Below, in pieces: positions 19,111 through 27,109 of a stretch of DNA of 62,957 bases. The position numbers and the translations under genes are program-made. Within the stretch, counting starts at the first letter, position 1; the number at the start of each line of letters is the position of its first letter. The DNA is from Candidatus Saccharimonadota bacterium (GTDB lineage: Bacteria; Patescibacteriota; Saccharimonadia; Saccharimonadales; SZUA-47). The notes under the pieces are model-generated. The model saw only the letters and a list, made by a program, of their open reading frames with translations, ran no database searches and had not been told where the DNA came from. The DNA lies in contig JAGQMY010000006.1 in assembly GCA_020428465.1 (NCBI GenBank), positions 1 to 62,957 of the forward strand, given 5' to 3'.

Positions 19111-19824
19111 ATGGCCGATATAAATAAAAAACCCGATACTTTAGAAGAAATACTTGATAAAATTTGTGCGAATGTATTTGGGTATAGAAATCCTTTCACT
19201 CCTGAACAATTTTTGCAGAAATTCGGGTTTGACATACGTCTTCCTAAGCCGATAAATGACTCGACAGACGGTAGCCAGACGTGGGCACAGTCAACTAATC
19301 CGACAAAATTTATAACATTTAAGAATGCACAAAAGCGAGCTGAAATTGATGATTTCATGATACCTAAGCGACCTATAAATTCGGTCGAAGATATCTTGGC
19401 AGCCTGGCAAGAAACAAACTATATGGCAACCGAACGCCAACTCGAGTCAATCGATATATTCGAATCAGACAATATTTATAATTCGCAGAATGTTTATCGA
19501 TCTATGGATGTTCATTTTAGTAAAAATGTTTTTGCTTGTGATGGATGTCATAAATTTGAGTATGTAGCCTGTTCGCAAAGGTCTAATTCGTCTACTTATT
19601 GTTTACGTATTGAAGACTCCAAGGAATGTAGTAACAGTTTCAATATCATTTGGTCTGGCAAGATTACTAATTGTCTATTTATAAATGATTGCTATGACAT
19701 GTATAAATGCATGTTTTGCTCGCATATGGCCGGTAAAAAATTCTGCATTGCTAATATGCAGTTTACCGAGGAGGAATACAATCACTGGGAAAAAATTATT
19801 AAACAGTGGATATTGAGTAATTAA
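19111..19824 (+). CDS. Cys-rich hypothetical protein
   Basis: Strong AAAGGAG SD, 2 nt after the ATPase stop. The C-terminal half carries about 12 Cys in repeated C-x2-C / C-x-x-x-C spacings (CDGCHKFEYVAC..CLFINDCYDMYKCMFCSH..FCIANMQFTEEEY). Confidence 0.55.
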   Translation: MADINKKPDTLEEILDKICANVFGYRNPFTPEQFLQKFGFDIRLPKPINDSTDGSQTWAQSTNPTKFITFKNAQKRAEIDDFMIPKRPINSVEDILAAWQETNYMATERQLESIDIFESDNIYNSQNVYRSMDVHFSKNVFACDGCHKFEYVACSQRSNSSTYCLRIEDSKECSNSFNIIWSGKITNCLFINDCYDMYKCMFCSHMAGKKFCIANMQFTEEEYNHWEKIIKQWILSN

Positions 19825-19841
19825 AATACATAGCCGAGACC

Positions 19842-20534
19842 TTAAAGATTATCTAAATTGCTCTGCTTTTTTTGTTCTTTCATGGCATACATTTCTCTAT
19901 CAGCACGAGCAATAAAATCATTAACTTTTTCGCCTGGTTTATGATCAACAATGCCATAGCTAACTCCTAGTTCTGGTATGCCAATCCTAATAGCTATATC
20001 TCTTATTTTATCGTTAATTCTTTGTGTGAAACCTTTAATCGCTTCTTCCTTTGAAATTGCTGGATTTCGTTTTCCGTTATGAGGGTTATTTGTGTTAATG
20101 ACTATACAGAACTCATCTCCGCCCCACCTTGCCGCGACTTCTCCAGACCTTAATTCTAAACTTTTCAAAAATTTTCCAAATTCAACCAGCACCTCGTCAC
20201 CAGTTTCATGACGCCCCGTTGACCTATCATTAACAGCTTTGAAATTATCCAAATCAATGAATACTAAGGATATATCCTCTGGATTTACGTTACTATTCGC
20301 ATTTAGTTGAGCTAACCTATCTTTCAGCCCGTTTCGGTCTAAAAGACCCGTCAAATGATCAGTCTCTGCCTTATCTCTGGCTAAAATCGCATTTGCTCCT
20401 ATAGGCCCTGCTAATTCCTGTATAAACGTCCATCTTTCCATTAAATCACTCGTTGGATTCAATAAATTACCCGGTGATATTTCTTGCAACATCGGAGTCT
20501 GTGGCATTGGGATATGACTTTGATTTTCTGGCAT
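19842..20534 (-). CDS. GGDEF-domain diguanylate cyclase
   Basis: LTGLLDRNGL, FIDLDNFKAVND and an intact RWGGDEFCIV active-site motif. Only a short (~60 aa) N-terminal region. Confidence 0.85.
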   Translation of the reverse strand: MPENQSHIPMPQTPMLQEISPGNLLNPTSDLMERWTFIQELAGPIGANAILARDKAETDHLTGLLDRNGLKDRLAQLNANSNVNPEDISLVFIDLDNFKAVNDRSTGRHETGDEVLVEFGKFLKSLELRSGEVAARWGGDEFCIVINTNNPHNGKRNPAISKEEAIKGFTQRINDKIRDIAIRIGIPELGVSYGIVDHKPGEKVNDFIARADREMYAMKEQKKQSNLDNL

Positions 20535-20598
20535 TTTCTAATTTATTGATTTCTAATTTATTGATAAGTAATTTTGTATGTTTTGTTAAGACACTTAT

Positions 20599-20628
20599 AC
20601 TATAGCATAGATTCTATTATTTTGTCAA
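20599..20628 (-). promoter_or_regulatory. sigma-70-type promoter of the GGDEF gene
   Basis: On the minus strand: TTGACA, 18-nt spacer, TATAGT. Confidence 0.4.
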
Positions 20629-20646
20629 TTTTAGATTATTATTACT

Positions 20647-21210
20647 TTATTCGACTAGTCTTGCTATTGCTTGTTCTAAATCAGCAATATTATCAAATTC
20701 ATTAGTTAGAAATTCATCAGCCTTTTCCTTAACGTCACCCATACTAAGTGTTGCAGAGTCTCCGCTATGGCTCATCTCGGCTTGTTCATGCTCTAAAAAT
20801 TCTTCATAAGTAATCTGATCATCAGCTCGCTGTCTAGATGTTATGCGCTCGTAACGAATTTTTGGGTCTGCATCAATCCAAATAACCTTACCTCCTAGAT
20901 CGTGAACCCGGTCATTCTCGCCAGGATTTCTCAGACTTGCGACAACTAAACCGGCGTACCTGTTGTCACCTCCCTGTTTTTCATAATAGTCAACAGATTT
21001 ATTTATAAGCACTCCTAGACCTGATTCCCTACGCCATTCAGCGCTAATAGTTCGCAAGACTTCCCTACTGGTATCAAGTTTTCTACTCAAGGCTTCTTCT
21101 CTCAACATGTCAGTCATAGAAATGAACAAAAAATTGTGTTTATCGGCTAAAATTTGTCCAACTGTATCCTTACCACTGCCGTTAGTTCCCGATAATCCAA
21201 TAAGCTTCAT
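20647..21210 (-). CDS. P-loop nucleoside/nucleotide kinase family protein
   Basis: Walker A GLSGTNGSGKDT. Size and layout match small dNMP/adenylate-kinase-like kinases. Confidence 0.6.
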   Translation of the reverse strand: MKLIGLSGTNGSGKDTVGQILADKHNFLFISMTDMLREEALSRKLDTSREVLRTISAEWRRESGLGVLINKSVDYYEKQGGDNRYAGLVVASLRNPGENDRVHDLGGKVIWIDADPKIRYERITSRQRADDQITYEEFLEHEQAEMSHSGDSATLSMGDVKEKADEFLTNEFDNIADLEQAIARLVE

Positions 21211-21243
21211 ATTACCTAGTTTACGACTTTAGTGTCGTTCAGT

Positions 21244-21618
21244 CTATTGTCTACTAATAGTCTGCAGCGCTGGAGCGGTATTTGTAACTGACAAAGTCAC
21301 CCCACCGAATAGTGCGAATTGTGCCCAATCTATTTCACTACCAACTTCTAAAGGTGTTTCAAGCCCAATTACAGAAACCGTAGTGTCTAGATCTAGCAGT
21401 CTTGGGCTATGAGTGCGAATATTTGTATCAACTTGTAAAATTTGTGTTTCGCTACCCCCATCATAATAGGCATCCAAAAGCAGTATTCCGTCTGGACCCT
21501 CATGAACGCTAACACTCCCTGTTAAAAATCCGTGGTGCGCACTAGACCCCTTCACCGTACTAATAGTTAACGAACCTTGGCATTCAATGCTTATCAAAGG
21601 AATTTCTCTACGTCTCAC
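21244..21618 (-). CDS. hypothetical protein translationally coupled to rpoD
   Basis: The GTG start overlaps the rpoD TGA (GTGA). 124 aa. No recognisable domain. Confidence 0.4.
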   Translation of the reverse strand: MRRREIPLISIECQGSLTISTVKGSSAHHGFLTGSVSVHEGPDGILLLDAYYDGGSETQILQVDTNIRTHSPRLLDLDTTVSVIGLETPLEVGSEIDWAQFALFGGVTLSVTNTAPALQTISRQ

Positions 21619-22760
21619 TTAAGGTACTCCATAAATTTACGAGAGTCTTTGTGCTTCTTTAATTTAGCAAGCGCCTTAGCCTCAATCTGACGGATACGCT
21701 CACGAGTAACGCTAAATTCTTGGCCAACTTCCTCTAGTGTGTGTTGTTTACCATCTTCGAGTCCAAAACGAAGTCTCAATATCTTCTGCTCTCTTTCGCT
21801 TAGACTGCTCAACAAATCACGAACTTGTTCTTTAAGTAGTTGCCCAGTTGCTGACTCCTCTGGAGTAACCGTATCTTCGTCTTCAATAAAGTCTTGTAAT
21901 ACAGAATCTTCCTCGTCATCACGCACACTAGCATCTAACGAACTGATATCTTGTTTGATTTTCATAATGTGTTCGACTTTTTCAACGTCGATTTCCATCG
22001 CTTCGGCGATTTCTTCGTTGGTTGGTTCACGATTAAGATCCTGTGTAAGTCGTCGCTGAGTTCTGAGCAATTTATTTATTGTTTCGACCATATGAACAGG
22101 AATTCGGATAGTACGTGCCTGGTCAGCAATCGCCCTGGTAATAGCTTGTCGAATCCACCAAGTAGCATAAGTTGAGAATTTGAATCCTTTGTCTGGATCG
22201 AATTTCTCAACAGCTCTCAACAAGCCTGTGTTTCCTTCTTGAATAAGGTCGAGCAAATCAAGTCCACGACCGACATACCTCTTAGCTATAGACACTACCA
22301 GTCGCATGTTAGCTTCAGCCATTTTGTCTTTGGCTCGTTTATCACCCGATACCACTTTTTGTGCTAGTTCAAGTTCTTCTTCTGCTGAAAGTAGTGGAAT
22401 TTTACCAATCTCTCTAAGGTATAGACGGACCGAATCATCAGCAATGTCTTCTAGGTAAGAAGTATCCTGCACATACGTATCTTCTTCGATTTCGGCGTCT
22501 TCCTCATCTGCCCATTCGTTAGTAAAAAGTTCTGGGTTTGGCTCGCCTACCCCTGTAACGTCCACGCCTGCTTCAGCTAAATCGTTATATAGTTTATCTA
22601 ATAAATCTAAATTTTCAGGCTTTTCTGGGATGTCTTTGACAATGTCTTTATTGTCGATTTTTCCATCCTTAACACCCTTTTCCAATAATTGCTTAGCTGA
22701 TTCAATTAATGCTGGGTTTTCTTTAGCTGGTTTATCTTTTTTTGCCATAATAATTCTCAT
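21615..22760 (-). CDS. rpoD: RNA polymerase sigma-70 factor RpoD
   Basis: Region 2 ([37 protein letters not shown]), region 3 and region 4 ([20 protein letters not shown]). Confidence 0.95.
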   Translation of the reverse strand: MRIIMAKKDKPAKENPALIESAKQLLEKGVKDGKIDNKDIVKDIPEKPENLDLLDKLYNDLAEAGVDVTGVGEPNPELFTNEWADEEDAEIEEDTYVQDTSYLEDIADDSVRLYLREIGKIPLLSAEEELELAQKVVSGDKRAKDKMAEANMRLVVSIAKRYVGRGLDLLDLIQEGNTGLLRAVEKFDPDKGFKFSTYATWWIRQAITRAIADQARTIRIPVHMVETINKLLRTQRRLTQDLNREPTNEEIAEAMEIDVEKVEHIMKIKQDISSLDASVRDDEEDSVLQDFIEDEDTVTPEESATGQLLKEQVRDLLSSLSEREQKILRLRFGLEDGKQHTLEEVGQEFSVTRERIRQIEAKALAKLKKHKDSRKFMEYLK

Positions 22761-22798
22761 TTAACTTCCGGGAGATTGCCCGGTCGTAATACTCCTTC

Positions 22799-24532
22799 TT
22801 AATTGTGTTTCGAAAACTGAGAAACCAAATCATCTAGCTGTTTAATCGCAAGCAAAATAGTTTTTTGGTTACCGTCTTCGGTAGTTGATAATTCTGATGC
22901 AAGAGTTTTCTTTTTGTCTTTTGCGTATTCTGCAACCAGTCTGGCGAGAAGCATTTTAGCCTGATAGACTAATTCGTCAAGCGCAGTATGCTGGTAATAT
23001 TCCTCGAATAGAAGTGTTAACATCTTAGCATACTCTGATTCAATTGGCGATACCCCTGGATGCTGTTGTATGTAGGAAGCGGTTTCGCGTGATTCATCTG
23101 AGAATACGTCTAATGGTAATCCAACTAATAACTTACCGACTTCTTCGGTTTTCATCCCCATAGCAAGCAAATGTTGCTCGCGTATTCGTTGTTCTAGCAC
23201 ATTGCTTGGTTCATTGACTTTGTTTTTAATTTTCCTGAGGTATTTATTAGCATTACCTGCTGATTGTTGAAATTTTTCTTTTATAGTTTCGTAGCTGGTG
23301 TTAGTGCGTTTTGCAATTAGCTTTAAGTAATGTTCCTGTTCAATGGGATCTTTCAGCAATTTTACTAATGCCATGACTTTGGCGCTAAATTGACGCTTAC
23401 CCTGAGCTGTTGTTAAGTCTTCGTTACTTGCTACCTTTTCTATCATCCAATCAACCATATATTGAGATTGTTCTATGATTTTTTGCCATGATTTTGAATC
23501 TTTGCGTATTAATTCATCTGGGTCTTTGCCTGAAGGTATGCTTATTATTCCCAGCTCGATACCGAGTGACTGGGCAAGTGGAATTGAACGTTCTAAGGCT
23601 TCCTGACCCGCCCTATCTTCATCGAAACATAGTCTAACATCACCCGTAAATCTTTGTAGGCTTTTCAAATGATAAGTCGTAAGCGCCGTTCCTGCTGAAG
23701 CAACGACTTGTTTTATGCCTGCTTGATGACTAGCTACAACGTCTAAATTACCTTCAACAACCACAACAAACCCGCTCTTGCGAATCGCTTCTTTGGCTTG
23801 CGACAAACCAAACACTTGTCTTCCTTTGTCGTACAGAATTGTAGCAGGCGTATTTATGTACTTTGGAGAATTATTATTATCCTTGAGCTGTCTAGCTGTA
23901 AATCCTACAGGTCTGCCCTGCGCATCAAGAAGCGGTATCATTATTCTTCCTCTAAACATATCACGAAGCTCTAAACCTCTTTTTGTAACCAGCCCGGCTT
24001 TTAATAACTCCTCGTTCGTAAAACCTCTTGAAATCAAAAAATTATAGAGAGCAGTTCCGCTTTCTGGCGAATAACCAAAGCGAAAATCAATCAATGTCTG
24101 TTTTTCGAAAGCCCGTTTTTCTCGTAGGTACTTAAGAGCTGTTGTGTTTTTTGTTAATTGCACCTGGTAGTAGCTAACAGCCGTCTCAATTGCTCTATAG
24201 AGTCGGTCTTTGAAGTTTTTTTGTGAGCTCTCTGAATTATTTTTTGTTCGGAAATCATCTAAATCTACACCGGCTTTACGTGCAAGCAATTCGAGTGCTC
24301 CCTTGAAATCCAAACCTTCGACTTCCTGTATAAAACTGAATATATCACCGCCTTTTCCTGAGCTGAAATCATGCCATATTTGCTTCTCTGGACTTACCAT
24401 GAAACTAGGTGATTTTTCGTTAGTAAAAGGACTTAGACCTTTAAAGTTTCTGCCAGAACGCTTCAACTGGACATATTCACTAACTACGTCTTCGATATTA
24501 ATTCGTGATTTTATTTCAGCAACTGCATCCAT
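22799..24532 (-). CDS. dnaG: DNA primase DnaG
   Basis: The N-terminal domain aligns with the zinc-binding domain (NEKSPSFMV..EKQIWH). TOPRIM VVVEGNLDV..DEDRAGQ. Lies upstream of rpoD as in the classical operon. Confidence 0.9.
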   Translation of the reverse strand: MDAVAEIKSRINIEDVVSEYVQLKRSGRNFKGLSPFTNEKSPSFMVSPEKQIWHDFSSGKGGDIFSFIQEVEGLDFKGALELLARKAGVDLDDFRTKNNSESSQKNFKDRLYRAIETAVSYYQVQLTKNTTALKYLREKRAFEKQTLIDFRFGYSPESGTALYNFLISRGFTNEELLKAGLVTKRGLELRDMFRGRIMIPLLDAQGRPVGFTARQLKDNNNSPKYINTPATILYDKGRQVFGLSQAKEAIRKSGFVVVVEGNLDVVASHQAGIKQVVASAGTALTTYHLKSLQRFTGDVRLCFDEDRAGQEALERSIPLAQSLGIELGIISIPSGKDPDELIRKDSKSWQKIIEQSQYMVDWMIEKVASNEDLTTAQGKRQFSAKVMALVKLLKDPIEQEHYLKLIAKRTNTSYETIKEKFQQSAGNANKYLRKIKNKVNEPSNVLEQRIREQHLLAMGMKTEEVGKLLVGLPLDVFSDESRETASYIQQHPGVSPIESEYAKMLTLLFEEYYQHTALDELVYQAKMLLARLVAEYAKDKKKTLASELSTTEDGNQKTILLAIKQLDDLVSQFSKHN

Positions 24533-24639
24533 ACAACTTAGAATATAGATTTTATAGCTGTTTATCTAGCATGAGCAGTTACATAATCAAGCAATATAGA
24601 TTTGTAGCAATAGCGTAAGCACGATAAAATATCTTTAAC

Positions 24640-25248
24640 ATGGAACCACAAAATCAAAATCCATATGATTTTATAGTTAATCCTAATGGACCACAACACG
24701 GTAAAAGTCCAGGGATAAATTTTAGTAGCGGAAAAAACAAGATTTTAATATATGCTGTTTTTGGATTAGTAGCAATAATACTTTTAATAATTGGCATCTC
24801 CGTAATTTCATCACTGGGCAAGACTAATAACCAAGATTTAGTAGAGGTTGATGCTCAGCAGACAGAAATTGTTCGAATTATTGAGCTAGGACAAAAAGAT
24901 GCTAGAAGCGCAGACGTATTGAATCAATTAGCCACACTAAATGTATTAATATCTTCAGATAAATCAGCGGTAGAAAGTCTGCTAACAAAAAGATCTGTGA
25001 AACCAGATAAAAATGCATTAGCCAGTGCTAAAAACTCAGATACCGATAGTGCCTTAGATAAAGCTAAGCAAATCGGCAATTACGACGATGTTATTATTCA
25101 GCAAATCTCAAAGCAAAGCAACGAGTATTACCAATCATTAAAAACTGCTCTACCAGATGCTTCTACGAGTGCAGAAAAGAATTTACTCAACACAGCTATT
25201 TCTAATATCGAATTATTCGCAAAAAATATTAGCGTTAATAGTAATTAA
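24640..25248 (+). CDS. hypothetical membrane-anchored protein
   Basis: One TM helix (ILIYAVFGLVAIILLIIGISVI) followed by a soluble domain. No family recognised. Confidence 0.5.
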   Translation: MEPQNQNPYDFIVNPNGPQHGKSPGINFSSGKNKILIYAVFGLVAIILLIIGISVISSLGKTNNQDLVEVDAQQTEIVRIIELGQKDARSADVLNQLATLNVLISSDKSAVESLLTKRSVKPDKNALASAKNSDTDSALDKAKQIGNYDDVIIQQISKQSNEYYQSLKTALPDASTSAEKNLLNTAISNIELFAKNISVNSN

Positions 25249-25257
25249 TTAAAATTT

Positions 25258-25425
25258 GGGACGTGGTCTTTGTTTCCGATGACTAAGTTATAGCTATGGT
25301 TTTTGAGAGGGGAGTATACCCTCTCAACGCGCGGTATGCGGAATGAATCCGACATTCCGGCTGCTCACCCCTAATTTATATTCGGGACGTGGTCTTTGTT
25401 GCCAATGACTAAGTTATAGCTATGG
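25258..25425. repeat. 42-bp direct repeat (25258-25299 and 25384-25425, 2 mismatches) flanking an 84-bp family-B insert
   Basis: Both copies encode HSYNLVIGNKDHVP of the yjbR-like gene in frame. The insert segment 25321-25366 is homologous to 57-101. Confidence 0.85.
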
Positions 25426-25730
25426 ACTATTAAATCTTTAATTTCTTCATCAGATAACTGCCCTGTTAGTAATATGGTATTCCAATGTTTTTTATTTAGA
25501 TGATAACCTTCCATCACTGACTCGTATTTATTACGCAATAGTACTGACAATTGCGGATCGCATTTTAAACTAAGCCGAATAGGCTCGCCTTTCTCTTGAA
25601 CTAAAGCGAACATTTTATCGTCTTCATCTAGTGGCACTTTAAAAACTGCGACTTCATCGCCAAATGGATAATCTAACCGAGCATTCGGCATAGATAGTAT
25701 TATTTCTTCGAGCTGTTTACGATTCACCAT
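25371..25730 (-). CDS. MmcQ/YjbR-family protein
   Basis: 119 aa. Pattern YPFGDEVAVFKV..KMFALV..LSLKCDP..HLNKKHWNTI is typical of YjbR. Confidence 0.7.
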   Translation of the reverse strand: MVNRKQLEEIILSMPNARLDYPFGDEVAVFKVPLDEDDKMFALVQEKGEPIRLSLKCDPQLSVLLRNKYESVMEGYHLNKKHWNTILLTGQLSDEEIKDLIVHSYNLVIGNKDHVPNIN

Positions 25731-26277
25731 GGTTTTTAAACCATTCTAAATAATATTGAAGTTCAGCGATGCTGGCCTGTATATCTTCAAAAGCTCTATG
25801 GACTTCTGGTTTTTCGAACTCAACGCCGTATTTACTCTGCATGACCAGTTTCCAGCTAGACACATCAAGCATTCTATAGTGAAGTTTGAGATCAAGTTCC
25901 GGCATCCATTTTTTTATGAATGCTCTATCGCTATGTATGGAATTTCCTGCTAGAACAGCCGGCTCACTGCCAAAATTATGTGCGACAAACTGAATTAATT
26001 CTTTCTCTACTGCTTCTAGTGGCTTACCAGAAGACAGGTTTTTTAAAAATTCATCACGGTTATCTGGGAAATCTTGCCACCAAGTATTATCCTGCATTAA
26101 TTTTGCAACTAACTCTCGCGAGTATTGTATGTGCGCTTCATAGCTATCAACTGTTTCGAAGTTCTCATCCGTAATTTCTGCTGCCACTTCCAAAATTACG
26201 TCTTTATCCGGTATTAATCCAGTCATTTCTAAATCAATCCATAAAAACTTATGCGGGATAATATTATTTTTTACCAT
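25717..26277 (-). CDS. orn: oligoribonuclease
   Basis: DEDDh exonuclease motifs WIDLEMTGL, GNSIHSDRAFI, HRAFEDI. 186 aa. Confidence 0.85.
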   Translation of the reverse strand: MVKNNIIPHKFLWIDLEMTGLIPDKDVILEVAAEITDENFETVDSYEAHIQYSRELVAKLMQDNTWWQDFPDNRDEFLKNLSSGKPLEAVEKELIQFVAHNFGSEPAVLAGNSIHSDRAFIKKWMPELDLKLHYRMLDVSSWKLVMQSKYGVEFEKPEVHRAFEDIQASIAELQYYLEWFKNHGES

Positions 26278-26322
26278 TACATTAGATTATATCTTATAAA
26301 AGTAGTTGTAGGGGTAGATTAG

Positions 26323-26703
26323 CTACATTTTGTTTTTAATAAAGTCTAGAGACAAGGAATTTATACAGAACCTCATGCCAGTGGGTTGATCAGGAGCATC
26401 GTTGAATACGTGACCTAAATGTCCATCGCATTTGCGACATACTACCTCAACTCTGTGCATTCCATGGCTAGTATCCTCAATCAGCTTGATAGCTTTAGTA
26501 TCTCTTACATCATAGAAACTCGGCCAGCCACAGCCAGCATCAAATTTGGTTTCAGCACCAAATAGAACGCTTCCACAATTTGCGCACACATAATCGCCAT
26601 CTTCCTCGTTATATAGAAAAGTACCGGTAAATGGCGCCTCTGTGGCCTTGTTAAACAAGACATCTTTTTGTTCATCTGTCAGTTTTGGGTTAATTTGTTT
26701 CAC
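26323..26703 (-). CDS. msrB: peptide-methionine (R)-S-oxide reductase
   Basis: CxxC pairs (CANCGS, CRKCDGHLGHVF) and the RFCINS catalytic-Cys motif. Confidence 0.9.
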   Translation of the reverse strand: MKQINPKLTDEQKDVLFNKATEAPFTGTFLYNEEDGDYVCANCGSVLFGAETKFDAGCGWPSFYDVRDTKAIKLIEDTSHGMHRVEVVCRKCDGHLGHVFNDAPDQPTGMRFCINSLSLDFIKNKM

Positions 26704-26715
26704 GCTGAGTTTTTG

Positions 26716-27039
26716 TTAGTCTTTCTTCTTATCAATTTTGTTAAGTCCAGCTTTATCGACAATTAGATAAACAACAAATGCAGTTGCTACTAAGGTGATA
26801 GCTGCTTGGATAATTTCACCCCATCCGAAAACTTGTTGCTCACCTTTAACTTCTACGACTGTTCGGATTCCGCTCAGGTCGGTACCCTGAAGAAGGATGC
26901 CGACAATTGGATTAATAAAGTATTCAACCACCGCTGACACTAATGCTGCTGCCTGAATTCCTATTGCTAAGCCGACGGCAAGTCCTATAACTCCTTGCTC
27001 TCTAATAAAAACAACTAGTTCTTTAGCTAACTTTTTCAC
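26716..27039 (-). CDS. mscL: large-conductance mechanosensitive channel
   Basis: FIREQGVIGLAVGLAIG..FINPIVG is typical of MscL TM1. GTG start with an AGGAG SD. Confidence 0.85.
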   Translation of the reverse strand: MKKLAKELVVFIREQGVIGLAVGLAIGIQAAALVSAVVEYFINPIVGILLQGTDLSGIRTVVEVKGEQQVFGWGEIIQAAITLVATAFVVYLIVDKAGLNKIDKKKD

Positions 27040-27109
27040 TACAAAACTCCTTCAATTTATACACATAGATTACAACAAAATATAGTTTCTATAAATACTG
27101 AGGTTATTA

